From NCBI GenBank assembly GCA_963845755.1, contig CAWJTV010000019.1:367335-431334 (forward strand): a stretch of 64,000 nucleotides of DNA. The letters are read 5' to 3'. The notes below the pieces were generated by a model. The model had not been told where the DNA came from, searched no databases, and worked only from the letters and a program-made list of their open reading frames with translations. The DNA is from an uncultured Planctomycetota bacterium. Lineage in GTDB: Bacteria; Planctomycetota; Planctomycetia; Isosphaerales; Isosphaeraceae. This document shows, one piece after another, positions 31,649-43,197 of the stretch (the first letter of the stretch is position 1; every line of letters starts with the position of its first letter). A program made the position numbers and the translations under genes.

Positions 31649-33360
31649 GGGTTCGCAGGCGCCTCCTCAGGCGAAGGGCCGGGGCCTAGCGCGGCCTGGA
31701 GTACCAGGCTGAAGCCGACGCACGCCGCGCAGCCGATCAGATTGTACCAGAGGTAGCTGATATCCAGGCTGGCGAAGAGCGCGAACACCAGGAGCTGCGC
31801 CGCGATCGCCGCCCAGAAGACGGCGGTCCCCCGCACCCGCCGCAGGAAGAACGCCACGAGGAACAGGCCGAGGACCACGCCGTAGAAGATCGAAGCCACG
31901 ATGTTCACCGCCTGGATCAGGTTCTCCGCCAGGCTGGCGAAGAGCGCGAAGCCGACCGCGACCGCACCCCACATCACCGTGAACCACCGCGTGGCGGTCA
32001 CGTGGTGCGCGTCATCGGCCTGTCGCGCCACGAGGAGCCGATAGAAATCGACCGTCGTCGTCGTCGCCAGCGCGTTCAGCTCGGCGGCCTTCGACGAGAG
32101 CGTGGCGCCGAAGAACGCGGCGATCAGCAGACCGATCATCCCGTGGGGGAGGTGGCCGAGGATGAACGTGATGAACACGTAATCCGTGTCCGGGGATTTC
32201 GCCCGGGCGCTCAGCGATTCGAGGGCCGCCTTCGCCTCGGCCCGGACGGCCTGGCTCCGGTCCTGGGCGGCCAGGGCTCGCGACCGCGCCCCGGCCACGG
32301 CCGAGGGGTCGCCGTACTCCCGGGCGGAGAGCCAGTCCTCGACGGCGCACCGCTTCTCGGCGTGGAGCTCGCCGTACCGCCGCTCCAGATCCCGCAGGCG
32401 ACCGTCGGGGTCGCGCTCCAGTCCACGCTCCCACACGACCGGGTTGAAGTACACGGGCGGCGGCTCGAACTGGTAGAAGACGAACACCATCGTCCCCAGC
32501 AGCAGGATGAAGAATTGCATGGGGATCTTGACCACGGCGTTGAACATCAGGCCCAGCCGGCTCTCGCGGAGCGATGTTCCCGAGAGGTAGCGCTGGACCT
32601 GCGACTGGTCGGTGCCGAAGTACGACAGCGCGAGGAAGAAGCCCCCGAGCAGCCCCGACCAGAACGTGTACCGTCGGCTCGGATCGACCGAGAAGTCGAC
32701 CCCGTTGAGCTTGCGGAAGCCGCCCGCCAGGGCCAGGGCGTCGTCGAGCCCCACCCCAGGCGGCATCCGGCGCAGCAGGACGACGAAGGCCGCGAACATC
32801 CCGCAGAAAATCACGCCGAGCTGGTACTTCTGCGTCACGTTCACCGCCTGGCTTCCGCCCGCGGCCGTGTAGGCGATCACGACCAGCCCCGTGAGCAGGA
32901 TCGTGGCGTCGGTGCGCCAGTGCAGCACGGTCGAGAGGATGATCGCGGGCGCGTAGACGGTGATCCCCGCCTGAAGGCCGCGCTGGAGGAGGAACAACGC
33001 CGCGCCCAGCAGCCGGGTCTTCGCGTCGAACCGGCGGCCGAGGTACTCGTACGCCGTGTACACGTTGAGGCGACGGTACATTGGCAAGAACACCGCCGCG
33101 ATGAGGATGAGCGCGAGCGGGGCGCCGAAGTAGTTCTGGACGAACCCCAGGCCGTCCTGGTACCCCTGGCCGGGCATCGAGAGGAACGTGACCGCGCTGG
33201 CCTGGGTCGCCATCACCGAGAGGCCGATGGCGGCCCAACCCGTGCGCCGGTCGCCCTTCAAGTAGTAGCTCAGCTCCTGTCGCCCACGCGTCTGCCAAAC
33301 GCCATAGACTGCGATCCCGACCATGCTCCCGACCAGCACCAGGAAGTCGAGCAGATTCAT
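31645..33360 (-). CDS. Sodium:solute symporter (SSS) family transporter
   Basis: GLSVMATQASAVTFLSMPGQGY, TAYEYLGRRFD, YFGTDQSQVQRYL; many TM helices. Confidence 0.93.
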   Translation of the reverse strand: MNLLDFLVLVGSMVGIAVYGVWQTRGRQELSYYLKGDRRTGWAAIGLSVMATQASAVTFLSMPGQGYQDGLGFVQNYFGAPLALILIAAVFLPMYRRLNVYTAYEYLGRRFDAKTRLLGAALFLLQRGLQAGITVYAPAIILSTVLHWRTDATILLTGLVVIAYTAAGGSQAVNVTQKYQLGVIFCGMFAAFVVLLRRMPPGVGLDDALALAGGFRKLNGVDFSVDPSRRYTFWSGLLGGFFLALSYFGTDQSQVQRYLSGTSLRESRLGLMFNAVVKIPMQFFILLLGTMVFVFYQFEPPPVYFNPVVWERGLERDPDGRLRDLERRYGELHAEKRCAVEDWLSAREYGDPSAVAGARSRALAAQDRSQAVRAEAKAALESLSARAKSPDTDYVFITFILGHLPHGMIGLLIAAFFGATLSSKAAELNALATTTTVDFYRLLVARQADDAHHVTATRWFTVMWGAVAVGFALFASLAENLIQAVNIVASIFYGVVLGLFLVAFFLRRVRGTAVFWAAIAAQLLVFALFASLDISYLWYNLIGCAACVGFSLVLQAALGPGPSPEEAPANP

Positions 33361-33539
33361 GAAAAACTCCGCTCGAGGACGACCAGGAGCACCACCCACG
33401 CGACGAGGCAGATGAGCACGACCGCATAGACGGCCGGCCAGGTGCGGGGCCACGGCAGTCCGGTCGCCCCGTCAAGCAGTTCGTCCGCAATGACGGGCGG
33501 GTGCGGCGGGCCGGCTCGATCGTCGTCGTGGATGGTCAT
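33357..33539 (-). CDS. Small (60 aa) single-TM protein of the kind that precedes SSS genes
   Basis: PWPRTWPAVYAVVLICLVAWVVLLVVLERSFS; ATGA overlaps with both neighbours. Confidence 0.75.
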   Translation of the reverse strand: MTIHDDDRAGPPHPPVIADELLDGATGLPWPRTWPAVYAVVLICLVAWVVLLVVLERSFS

Positions 33540-36039
33540 TTGCCGAGCGAGACCAGGTTTGCGAAGAGCCGATAGGCCCCCGGGACCCCGGCGGGGAGTT
33601 GCCGGAAGAACACGAGTCCCGTGTAGACGAAGTGGCCTCGGCCGTACTTCGCCACGAGCAGGCCCCCCTTCAGTGGCGTTTCGCCCGGGTCGCCCGACGC
33701 CAGGATCGGCGTGAAATGCGAGTCCCATTGCGTCGGGAAGTAGATGCCGCGCTCCTGCACCCAGCCTTCCATGTCGGCCTCGCCGATCTTGTTGGGCGTC
33801 GTGAGCACGGGGTGGTCGGGCGCGAGGAAAGTCACCGGTGCGTTCTCGTCGGTGACGCGGGCGTCGGACAGCCGCAGGTCGTAGGGGGCGAGGCGGTTCG
33901 TCCGGAGCCCGTTCGGCCGGTTGTACTGGGCGACGACCGTCCCGCCCCCCTCGACGTAGGCGAAGAGCGCCGGCAGGTGGGCGGCGAGGTCGTCGCGCAC
34001 GTTATAGGCGCGGACGCCGATTACCACGGCGTCGAGGCCGGCGAGCTTCTCGGCAGTCAGGTCCGTGCCGGCGAGCCGTGTGACCTCGTAGCCCATCTCC
34101 TCGAGGCCCTCGGCCACGCTGTCGCCGGCGCCGGGGATGTAGCCGACGCGACGCCCCTTGATCGTGAGGTCGAGGGTCAAGACCTTCAGGCGCGGGGGGC
34201 TGGAGCAACTGCACGGGGATATGCTCGTGCTTGATCACGACCCGACCGGAGTTCCAGGTCCGGTCGCCCATGCGGGCCTCGGCCGTGATGGCGGCCGTAG
34301 CCGATCCGGGCGGGGCCTTGACGGTGAACGACAACCGCGCACGGTCGCCGGCCGTCGCCAGCCGGAACGGCTGCGACGCGGGGGTGACCGTCCACCCGGC
34401 CGGCGCACGGAGGGCGAGCGTGCCCGCCGCGCCGTCGCGCGCGGCCGTAACTTCGACGTCGACCGGGCGGCTCGGCCCCCGGGGCGAAGAGCCGCACCTG
34501 GGAGAGAGGCCGCAGGGCCACCGGCGCGATCACGTCGAGCCGCCGGGCCGGCTGGCCCTGCTCGGCGGCCTGCACGGGTACGTCAGCGATCTCCAGGGTC
34601 TGGCCGCCGACCTGGAATCGGTGCTCGACCGGGAAGGCCGTCGGGTTCTCGGGTTGCCCGATCAGAGCGGGATTGACCTTGAAGAGGCCGACGGAGTGCT
34701 CCTCGCGCAGCCAGTACGGTTGGCCGAGCGGGGCATCGGACGGCAGCGTCTGGTCCACGTCGCGGCTGGCGGGCCGCCCGGCCGTCAGGTCGATCGGCTG
34801 GTCCACCGACCGACCCGTGAGCGGGTAGGAGACGGACAACCAGCGGACGGGGACGCCGGCCGCGACCGTCGCCGAGTGCCGCAGCTTCAATACCTCGCCC
34901 GGCACGACTTCGGCGCGGGGAACGGTCGTCTCGACCACGAGCCCGAGGCAGCCCTGGATTGCCCGGTCGAGCTGGCGGCGCTTCTCGGCCACGAGGGGGT
35001 CGGCGGGGAGCGAGGCGAGCCGCTCTCGGATCGCCAGCAGGCGGGGCACGATCGCGGCGGGGGCCTTCGCGATCGAACTTCGCCACCGCCTCGTGGGCCA
35101 GCTTCGCGACCTCAGGCCCCGCCCGGGCAAGCGGGCCCAGGTCGTGTTGACGCCGTCCATGATGTCTTTCGTCGCCGGCTCGCCGCCCAGGAGCGTAAAC
35201 GAGTCGGTGCGTGGGCCGCTCCCCCCGCGCCCGCCGAAGTTGCCGAAGCCCTGACTTTTGTGCATCGAACGGCTGCGCCCGGCGATCGTGCCGAGCGGCT
35301 CGTGGGTGACCGGGTCGTCGCCGCCGATCTCGACGCGGAGCCCGCCGGCACCGCCGCCACCCCGGCCGAATCCGCCGCTGTTCTGGAGGATCCGTTTGGG
35401 CTGCCAGGCGGCCAGCTCGCCGATTTGTTCGGGGAACGCCCCGGGGTCGCCCGCGAGCCGGAAGGCCTCGACGGCCAGGATGGCGGACGCCGTGTGGTGG
35501 CCGTGGCCGCCCCCCTGGGGCGAGAAGCGGGTGACGATCACGTCGGGCCGGAACGCGCGGATCACCCGCACGATGTCGGAGACGACGGCCTTCCGATCCC
35601 AGATCCGGAGCGTCTCGGCGGGGTTCTTCGAGAAGCCGAAGTCGATGGCGCGGGTGAAGAACTGCCGGCCGCCGTCGAGGCGGCGGGCGGCGAGGAGCTC
35701 CTGGGTGCGGATCACCCCCAGCTCCTCGAAAAACTCGGGGCCGATGACGTTCTGACCGCCGTCGCCCCGCGTGAGCGACAGATAGGCCGTGCGGTAGCCG
35801 CGGCCGCGCGCGAGGTAGGCGATGAGCTGGGTGTTCTCGTCGTCGGGGTGCGCGGCCACGTGCAGGACGCTCCCCAGCTCGCGGAACCCGCGCAGCTCAC
35901 GTAACGTGTCCTGGGCCGTCATCGGCTCCGCGGCACGGCCGCCGGAGATCGGCCCGGTCAGCAGGGCCCCCGCCAGGAAGAGTGGGACGAGCCGAGCGGC
36001 GGGCCGATTCGACCCGCGGGAGCGTCGTGGTGCGGACAT
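33536..36039 (-). CDS. Large secreted PIG-L/LmbE-family deacetylase with NEW3-like Ig and C-terminal GATase-like domains; several frameshifts
   Basis: Signal-like N-terminus; AAHPDDENT, TRGDGGQN, DFGFSK, HGHH, RSMHKSQGFG; C-terminal GYIPGAGD...GWVQERGIYF...FRQLPAGVPGAYRLFANL. Confidence 0.88.
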
Positions 36040-36124
36040 GGCCAGACCTCGGAGTTGGGAAGTCCATCGCGGCCGAACAGGAGGGCCGCGATGGAAGTCA
36101 GCGACAACGTGAGGCCGTTCGGCC

Positions 36125-36706
36125 TCACTTCTTCACGGTAAACGGGATCGAGTACTGGGTGCTCTCCCACATCATCTTGAGCAGGCCCCCGCCGGCCTCC
36201 GGCTCGATCGCCATCGTGAACTGGTCGACCGTCTTGTCGAGGGTCAACTTCTTCAGATCCACACGCGCCAGCTCGTTGGCCTTCTCCGAGTCCTCCTTGT
36301 AGGGGATGCCCCACTGGCCGGTCTTCTTGTTGATGACGAGTTTGGCGGTACCGTCCTCGTTGGGCACGGTGAACAGCGAATACGTGCCGGGGGCGAGCGA
36401 GTAGCCGCCGAGCTCGATCGGCTGCGCGGTCGTGAGCAGGGTCGCCTCGTCGGCGCCCGTGCGCCAGACCTTGCCGTAGGGGACCAACCCGCCCCAGATC
36501 TTGCGGGCCTCGGTGGTCCCGGGTTTCGTGGTGTAGGGGCGCCCGTAGACGAGCTTCATCTCGTCGCCGTCGATCTTGGCCGTGATCGTCTCGTGCGGGC
36601 TGATGCGCTGACGCTGCTTCTTCTTGGCGGCCTGGGCCATCGCGGGCGTCGCGGTGACGAGCGCCGCCGCGACGACGAGGGCGAGTGCGATTCCGAGCTT
36701 CCTCAT
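36125..36706 (-). CDS. Secreted DUF2911 domain protein
   Basis: Signal peptide; SP...YGRP...GGLVPYGKVWRTGADEAT...GTYSLFTVP...QWG. Confidence 0.9.
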   Translation of the reverse strand: MRKLGIALALVVAAALVTATPAMAQAAKKKQRQRISPHETITAKIDGDEMKLVYGRPYTTKPGTTEARKIWGGLVPYGKVWRTGADEATLLTTAQPIELGGYSLAPGTYSLFTVPNEDGTAKLVINKKTGQWGIPYKEDSEKANELARVDLKKLTLDKTVDQFTMAIEPEAGGGLLKMMWESTQYSIPFTVKK

Positions 36707-36994
36707 GAGGTCCCTCCGGTTGTCGGGTCGTTGGGCGATCGGGCCTCAGGCCAGGTCCGGCACCTTGCGGACGAGGTCCCTCGGACCGAGTACCTACAAG
36801 TAGTTACAAATTGGGCCGCGGTCAAGACATCTCCAAAGTTGCGACGGGCCCGGGCCGGGCTTTTCTCGCGACTCCTCGGACGATACGAGGATCTCCGCCC
36901 CGTGAAGCCAGAGGGAGTTTCCGCGGTCTCCCAGACTATGGGCTCCGGAGCCGGTCGCGTCATGGACGATCTTCGCAGGGCGTGCCCGGCCGGC

Positions 36995-37265
36995 CTAACG
37001 CGGGGTCCCGCCCCCGTTCTTCAGATGCTTGTCGAAGAACGTTTCGACGAGCCTCATGTTCTCCTCGCTGCCGAACGCGCGTCCACCGTGCCCGGCCCCC
37101 TCGACCGGATGGAACGTCGCATCGACGCCCGCCTTCTTCAGGGCCTCGTACAGCAACTCGCTCTGGTTGAACGGCACCATATTATCCCGGTCGCCGTGCA
37201 TGATAAGGAAGGGCGGGTCGTCCTTCGAGACGTAGGCGATGGGGTTCGCCGACCGCCGGTCGGCA
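36995..37265 (-). pseudogene. C-terminal fragment of an alpha/beta hydrolase (BD-FAE/esterase-like)
   Basis: ANPIAYVSKDDPPFLIMHGDRDNMVPFNQS...GAGHG; the nucleophile-bearing N-terminal part is absent. Confidence 0.8.
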
Positions 37266-37935
37266 CGAAGAACGATCGACCGGCGGCGCTGCCGCAATCC
37301 GTCGAGGTCGTCGGCAAAGTCGTCGACGCCGAAACGGGCAAGCCGATCGAGGCGTTCATCACCCAGGCGGGCAAATTCGATCCTAAAGATCCGAAGAACG
37401 TGACTTGGGGGTTCAGCGAAACGCGCAACACGTCGGGTGGTTTCAGCGCGACGATCAAGTGGAACGAAGGCCTGGACGGCGCGCATTCTCGCGGACGGTT
37501 ACGTACCCCAGCCGGTCCTCAGCGAGGCGCCCCCGCCGGAAAAGTCCGAATCGAGACGGTGATTCGGCTGAAGAAGGGGCGAACTGTCCGCGGACGCGTC
37601 CTCGACGATCTCGGGAAGCCGGTGAACGGATGCCTCGGTATTCGCCGTCAGGTCCCATGGCATGACTCTCGCCGGGGGGCGGGCCGTCAATTCTTTCGAC
37701 GGCGAGGAAGACCGAACCGTCCGCGGGGCGAAGACCGATTCCGAGGGGCGGTTTCGAGCTGGCTCTCAGCGTTGCCGCGGGGCAGGGGCGTCCGCCCGGC
37801 GATCCGCCGGCATCCGCAGTCGCAACGCCGGGATTGGCCATCTCGAGCTCGGCGCTCGACGCCTGGCCGGTGCCGCTGCCGGAGGGGGATGCCGAAGCGG
37901 TCATCCGCCTTCCGTCTCCCACGCGAGTGGAGTGG
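37265..37935 (+). pseudogene. Internal fragment of a carboxypeptidase-regulatory-like (beta-sandwich repeat) protein, frameshifted
   Basis: VVGKVVDAETGKPI, LKKGRTVRGRVLDDLGKPV, AKTDSEGRF. Confidence 0.6.
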
Positions 37936-37938
37936 CTC

Positions 37939-38235
37939 ATGACGACACAGCAACTCGTCGTGGGGACCGTTGTTTACTCCGTCGCACTGGCCACGGTCGT
38001 GTTCTTCATGCGGCCGACTGGGCGGCGCTTCGCGGGGGCCCTGGCCGGGGCGGCGGTCGTCGCGAGGTTGGGGCTCTGGGTGCTGTTCCCCCTCGGCGAG
38101 GCGCGGGGGTGGTGGCGCGTCCCGCTCGACCCGTCGCCGTCGTCAATGACGCTGCTCTACCTCGGGACGACCGACTCCACCGTCCCGGTCTTCCTCGTCA
38201 CCTGGTGGATCGCCCACCGGTTTGGCTGGCGGTGA
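37939..38235 (+). CDS. Small membrane protein or its N-terminal fragment
   Basis: MTTQQLVVGTVVYSVALATVVFFMRPTGRRFAGALAGAAVV...TWWIAHRFGWR; hydrophobic, ends abruptly. Confidence 0.5.
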   Translation: MTTQQLVVGTVVYSVALATVVFFMRPTGRRFAGALAGAAVVARLGLWVLFPLGEARGWWRVPLDPSPSSMTLLYLGTTDSTVPVFLVTWWIAHRFGWR

Positions 38236-38302
38236 CTCTGTGTCCGTTCATCATGTCGTCGCGGGGAAATGAGGAACGGACACGCGTTATTCCCGACACC
38301 AG

Positions 38303-39794
38303 TCATTCCCCCTTTGTCGTCCTTCGTTCCGTCCCTTTTGTCGTCCCCTGCCCCTTGTTGTCGGGCGGGGCACCGGATCGCAGGCCGCGGCCCCGTCTGC
38401 GCTCCGGTTCCGGTTCACCCTCGACGACGACCCACTCGTAGATGCCGATGCACATCTCGTCGTTGGTCCCCTCGCCCCACCTGACGAGCTTGGGAGGTTT
38501 GTTCCGGTTGGCCGGATTCGTGTCGGAGTTATCGAAGTGCGCCTCTACCTCGAACCACGAACCCTTCGGCACGCGGATCGGCTCCTTGAACGCGTAGGTT
38601 CCCTGCCAGTTGAAGTTCCAGTGATCGATCTTGATCAGCGGGATACGCCGCTTGCCATCGGGCAGGACAGCCGTGAAGGTGAAGTCCTTGCCGAGCCAGT
38701 GCATGTGGGGCATCACCGAAGTGATCAGAATATCACGGTCGAGCGGACGGGCCATCAGATTGGAGCCGGGCCGGGTCGATGCCTTGACTTCATACTGGGG
38801 CGCCCCGGCGGGAATGACCATGGCATCCACTTCGCGGAATAACTCAAGGATTCCAATGCGTTTCCCCGCCTTCTGGGCTTCCTCGACCTTGGCGCGGGCG
38901 GCCAGCGCCTGGCGTATCGTCAGGTTGGGAAAGACGAATCCGGTATGGACCTCGCGCGGCAACGGCTTCCTGGAAAGATAGAGGCCCACGGAGGTGGCGT
39001 CGGCCTCGGGCTTACCGGTCTTGTGGTAGTGGACCTGGATCAAGATGTCGGCCCCCTTGGGCAGCATGTAGCCGGTGCCGTCGGGACAGTAGCGGGACTT
39101 GGCGCCCGGGGTCCAGATCGGCAGGAAGGCGGAGATGGGCACTCCATCGCCGAATCCACCCAGGTCGTAGTAGCCGGGGCCCGGGTCGGCCGCATCCAGC
39201 TCACGACCCCGGCCCGACGGATCCACGCCCGCGATGATATGGTGCACGACCGAGCGATTACCGGGATGAAAATCGACCGCGCGAATCCAGCGATCCTCGG
39301 GAAAATTCGTCTGGAGCACGAAGACGCGGAAGTCGTCGCTGCCGGTAGTGGCCAGGTGGTAAGGTTCGGGCATCGTCAGGGTCAGGTCGGGCTCGCCGAG
39401 CGCCCAGTCCGAAGAGAACGTCCGGGGCGCAGGGCGCCTCCTTGGGTTCGCCTTCCGGGCACCCGGCATCGACCCACGACTGCAGGGTGGCGATCTCGTC
39501 GTCGGTCAGCACCCGCGCATCGCGGAACGGGCCGCCGAAGCTCGAGGAGGCCGGCCACGGGGGCATCACCCGCTCGCCGGTCACGTGCGCCAGGTCGGAC
39601 CCGCGCTTGCGGGCCTGCTCGTAGGTGAGCAAGGAGAACGGCGCCACCTGATTGGGGCGGTGGCAATCCTGGCAGCGCTCTTGAAGGATCCGGACCACGT
39701 CCTTGTGGTAAGTCGGGGCCGGTTTCTCGGCCGCCGGCAACGTCGTGCTCGCCGCCACGGCCGCGACGCCGCAGAGGAAACTCAATCTCCACAT
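38303..39794 (-). CDS. Secreted CxxCH + copper type II ascorbate-dependent monooxygenase-like protein; frameshift near 39440
   Basis: CQDCHRP...APFSL, MPPW; PGNRSVVHHI, LIQVHYH, PHMHWLGK, WNFNWQ, DEMC. Confidence 0.85.
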
Positions 39795-40177
39795 CGAATG
39801 GCACGCCAAGACTCTGCTCCTTTAACGGGTTTCTACCGCTGGATATTCGCCCGCAAACCGAACCGAATCTCACTACCCTCAGGTCAGATGTCAGGTTTCC
39901 GCAGTCCTGGCCATGCATCGGGGGAGGCCAAAGGGGACACCCTACGCCTGTTCGCGCATGGATTGCCGGACGGGCTACCTCCTTCATGACACCTGGCAGC
40001 GGCTATTGTCAAGGGCAGTCGAATTCAGAGCTCTTGTTCGGAGGAATGGGGACAGAGTATGACCTGAGGTGATGTCCGGCCGGAAGTCCGGGTGTAGGAG
40101 GGGGGCTCTGTCCCCCGACCGTCAGCTAGATTTAACTGCTGGCCCAGGCTGAGCCGTGTTGCGCCTCAGCCCATGCT

Positions 40178-40269
40178 CTTCGGTGTGATGTCGTCGCGGG
40201 GTCATTACCTGCTTCGGTGTGATCGACCGAAGCCACCTCGGATCAATCGGATTCGGTGTCGTCGGACCG
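40178..40269. repeat. Dispersed repeat, copy 1, with reiterated TTCGGTGT motifs
   Basis: 40221-40269 matches 43149-43197 at 43 of 49 positions; 40214-40233 is identical to a 20-mer at about 45235-45254. Confidence 0.75.
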
Positions 40270-40370
40270 GAGCACGATCGGAGCCAGGCTCTTCCGCTCC
40301 GATTCGCCCGGGTTCCGGCATCATCTGGCACAGGCGGGTCGTGTGGGCCTCCGCGTATTGATCCGAGGGT

Positions 40371-42863
40371 CTAGGGCAAACCCGGCCTCGGTGCGGTCGC
40401 GGCCGGGGACACTTGCCATTGGAGGATTCCGGCCGATAGGTTTGGCTGGAGCTTCGCCTCGATGCGAAGTGCCATCGTCTCGACGGGCTCGAATTCGACC
40501 GTATTGGCGGTATCCAACTTGGTCCCGAATTCGTCGCGCGCTCGGACAGGCTCCCATGTGCCGTCGGGCTTGCGGAAGACCAGCCGCCAACTCCTCGGCG
40601 CGGCGCAGTGGCGGCCGAGTCAACTGTCGTCCCACCAGTAGACGCTCGTACCGCCGACCCTGCGCGGCTGGTCGAAGTCGTACTGTACCCACTCGTCCGT
40701 TCCCCTCCGGTCCCACCAGGTGAACCTCCTGCGCGTCCCGTCCGACGAATTCTTTGGTGCGACGCCGTCGTTCATCGCACCCACGGCGTCGTTGACGAAG
40801 CAGTGAGAGGCTGTCGGAGTGGAGAGGGACGCGATCGTCGGGCGCATGGCGCCGGCCGGGGTCGTCGGCACCCAGACGATCATCTCGGCCGGGCCGCGAT
40901 TGGCGTTCGCGTAGTAGGGGATCGCCACGACCTCGGTCTCGAACGGCTCTCCACCTCCAATCGGCAGTCGTTCGGCCGCGGCGCGGACGATCGTCACGCC
41001 GCCGAGAAGCTCGGGACGCCATTCGGACGCGATCGATGCGCGTTCCGGGAGCCATACGTCTCGCACTCGGCCTCGATTGTCAGGGGACTCGAGGCAATAC
41101 ACGATCGGCCCACGCATGAGGGCGGCACGACCGCGGTCGCTTTCGACGCGGTCGTCGGCGCGCACGAGCTGCGACGGCATCGCCATGTGGATGAGGACCA
41201 GGTCCCCCGCACGCCACTGACGGCGGAGCTCCGCATATCCTCGGACGATCGTCGGCGAGGCGACGGGCTGGCCGTTGATGGAGATGCGGAACGCGTCTGG
41301 CCCGGCCATGGCCGTGGCGTAAAGGCCGCCGTTCATCACGCCGCCTCGACACCAGGCTGGGACTCGAATGCGGACGTCGAACGTGGCGGGCCGTTCGGGA
41401 TCGACGGCCAACCGAACGTCGCCATCCCACGGGTAATTCGTCCGCTGGGTGAGGGAGAGCCGCTTCCCGGTCTCGCCTTGCCAGTTGATCTGCCGCGCGA
41501 CCCAATGAAGAGGTTGACGTAAAGGCCGGCGGCGTCCGTCGCGTAGACGTACCGGGGCAGCGCCCCCATGAGCTTCAAGAACATTGGCGGGCAGCATGGG
41601 CAGGCGTGCCAGGACCATCGCGCGCGGTCCTTGCGGGCGTCCAGTGGGTTTTCGTAGAAGTAAGCATTGCCTTTCAACGAGCCGCCAGCGAGCGCACCGT
41701 TGTAGAGCGAGCGTTCCAACTCGTCGAACTTCGCGGCGTCGGCCGTGGCGAGGAACAGGTTGTAGTCGAGGAATCCGCACGCGACGGCGGCGCAGGTTTC
41801 GAGGTAACCGTCGTTCGGCAGGACGAAGTCGCCACCGAACTTCTCGTCTCGCGCGATCGCTCCGACGCCGCCGGTGATGTAAAGGCGGCGCGTGATCATG
41901 TTACGCCAGAGGCGCTCGGCCGCGTTCAACGTACTGCGGCTGCTCGCCCGCGACACCGAACGCCGCGACGCCTGCCGCGAGAAGCGTCGCTCGCACGGCG
42001 TGCCCTTCGATGGTCGCTTGCTGAAGCACTGGCAGGTGGTCCTGACCGTATTCGCCGAAGTTCTGTCGGCCCTCATGGTGGCCTCGAGCATCGATCCAGA
42101 AGTGGGCGAGGTCGAGGTAGTCCCTCTCGTTGACCCGTACGCCCAGGTCTCTCTTGAGCTCAGGATGCTCCCGGAACAGCTCGTAAAGTCGGACGAATGA
42201 TTCCTCACTCAGCGCGTGCCCGGGGATGATGTTTTTCCGCGGCGGAGGCCCCATCACCGCCACCATGCCGTTCGCCGCCCGGACGGCCGTGGCGAGCAAC
42301 TTCGTCTTGCCCGTGGAGCGGTAGTAGTGGATACCGGCCTCGACAAGGCAGCCGATGTTGTACAGGTCGTGCTGCTCGCGGTCGTTTCCTCCATTCTGGC
42401 CCCAGCGGTGGCCGGGTTCGCGCAGTTGCGTATAGGTATTGATGTAGCCGTCGGGGTCACGCGCCGCCGCTGCGCTAATCCTGTCGATGTAGCCGTCGAT
42501 CCGCGCCTCGAGCGAGGGGTCGGGCTCTTGCGCCATCAGGTCGACCGCGCCACGAATGAGCTCGTAGATCAGCCCGTCGTACCACGGCGGGCCGCCGTGC
42601 GGGGCGTCGAGTTCATCGCGGGCGACGTGGTCGAAATTCCTAAAGGCGCCATCCCTCTCGAACTTGTCCAGACAGTCTTTGATCGTCACCGCCCGCCAGG
42701 TCTTCAACTTCGGAGACCAGAACGCGTCGTCGATCGTCACGCGGTTCGCCGTGACAGGAACGGGCCGTACCGCCGAGGCATCGGACGCGAATGACGACGT
42801 CACGGCCGCGGAGCACACGAGAAGGGCGGACAGCGGACACCTGACGCGGTCAGCGAACCTCAT
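40371..42863 (-). CDS. GH127 beta-L-arabinofuranosidase-like glycoside hydrolase (DUF1680) with C-terminal accessory domain; about 3 frameshifts
   Basis: DGYINTY, HDLYNIG, GHAVRA, YITGGVG, YLETCAA, YFYENPL, CPCCPP, TNYPWDG, RGPIVYCLE, IPYYANANRG. Confidence 0.9.
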
Positions 42864-43148
42864 CACTCTTTTCCCAGGACTCGCGGAGTCCATCGAGAAG
42901 CATCCCGCCGGACGGCGAGGCTCCGAACGGCGGCTCCCTCGCGTTCCCACGCTGGCCGCGTTTGCAGATGCCACGTCAAGTTCCGGGAGCCTTACGCCTA
43001 GAAAACATCAACGAAGCTTAACGGATGCTCCTGGAAAAAGAAAGGACGTCGAAACCGCCCGCCGAAGTGGTCTGGCGACTCTCCATTCCCGCCGAAGGGA
43101 TGGAACAATCGGTCGAGATTCCGAGGATCTCGGAAAGCGCTCCGGTCG

Positions 43149-43197
43149 GATCGACCGAAGTAAACTCGGCTCAATCGACTTCGGTGTCGTCGGACCG
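43149..43197. repeat. Dispersed repeat, copy 2
   Basis: GATCGACCGAAGTAAACTCGGCTCAATCGACTTCGGTGTCGTCGGACCG. Confidence 0.75.
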
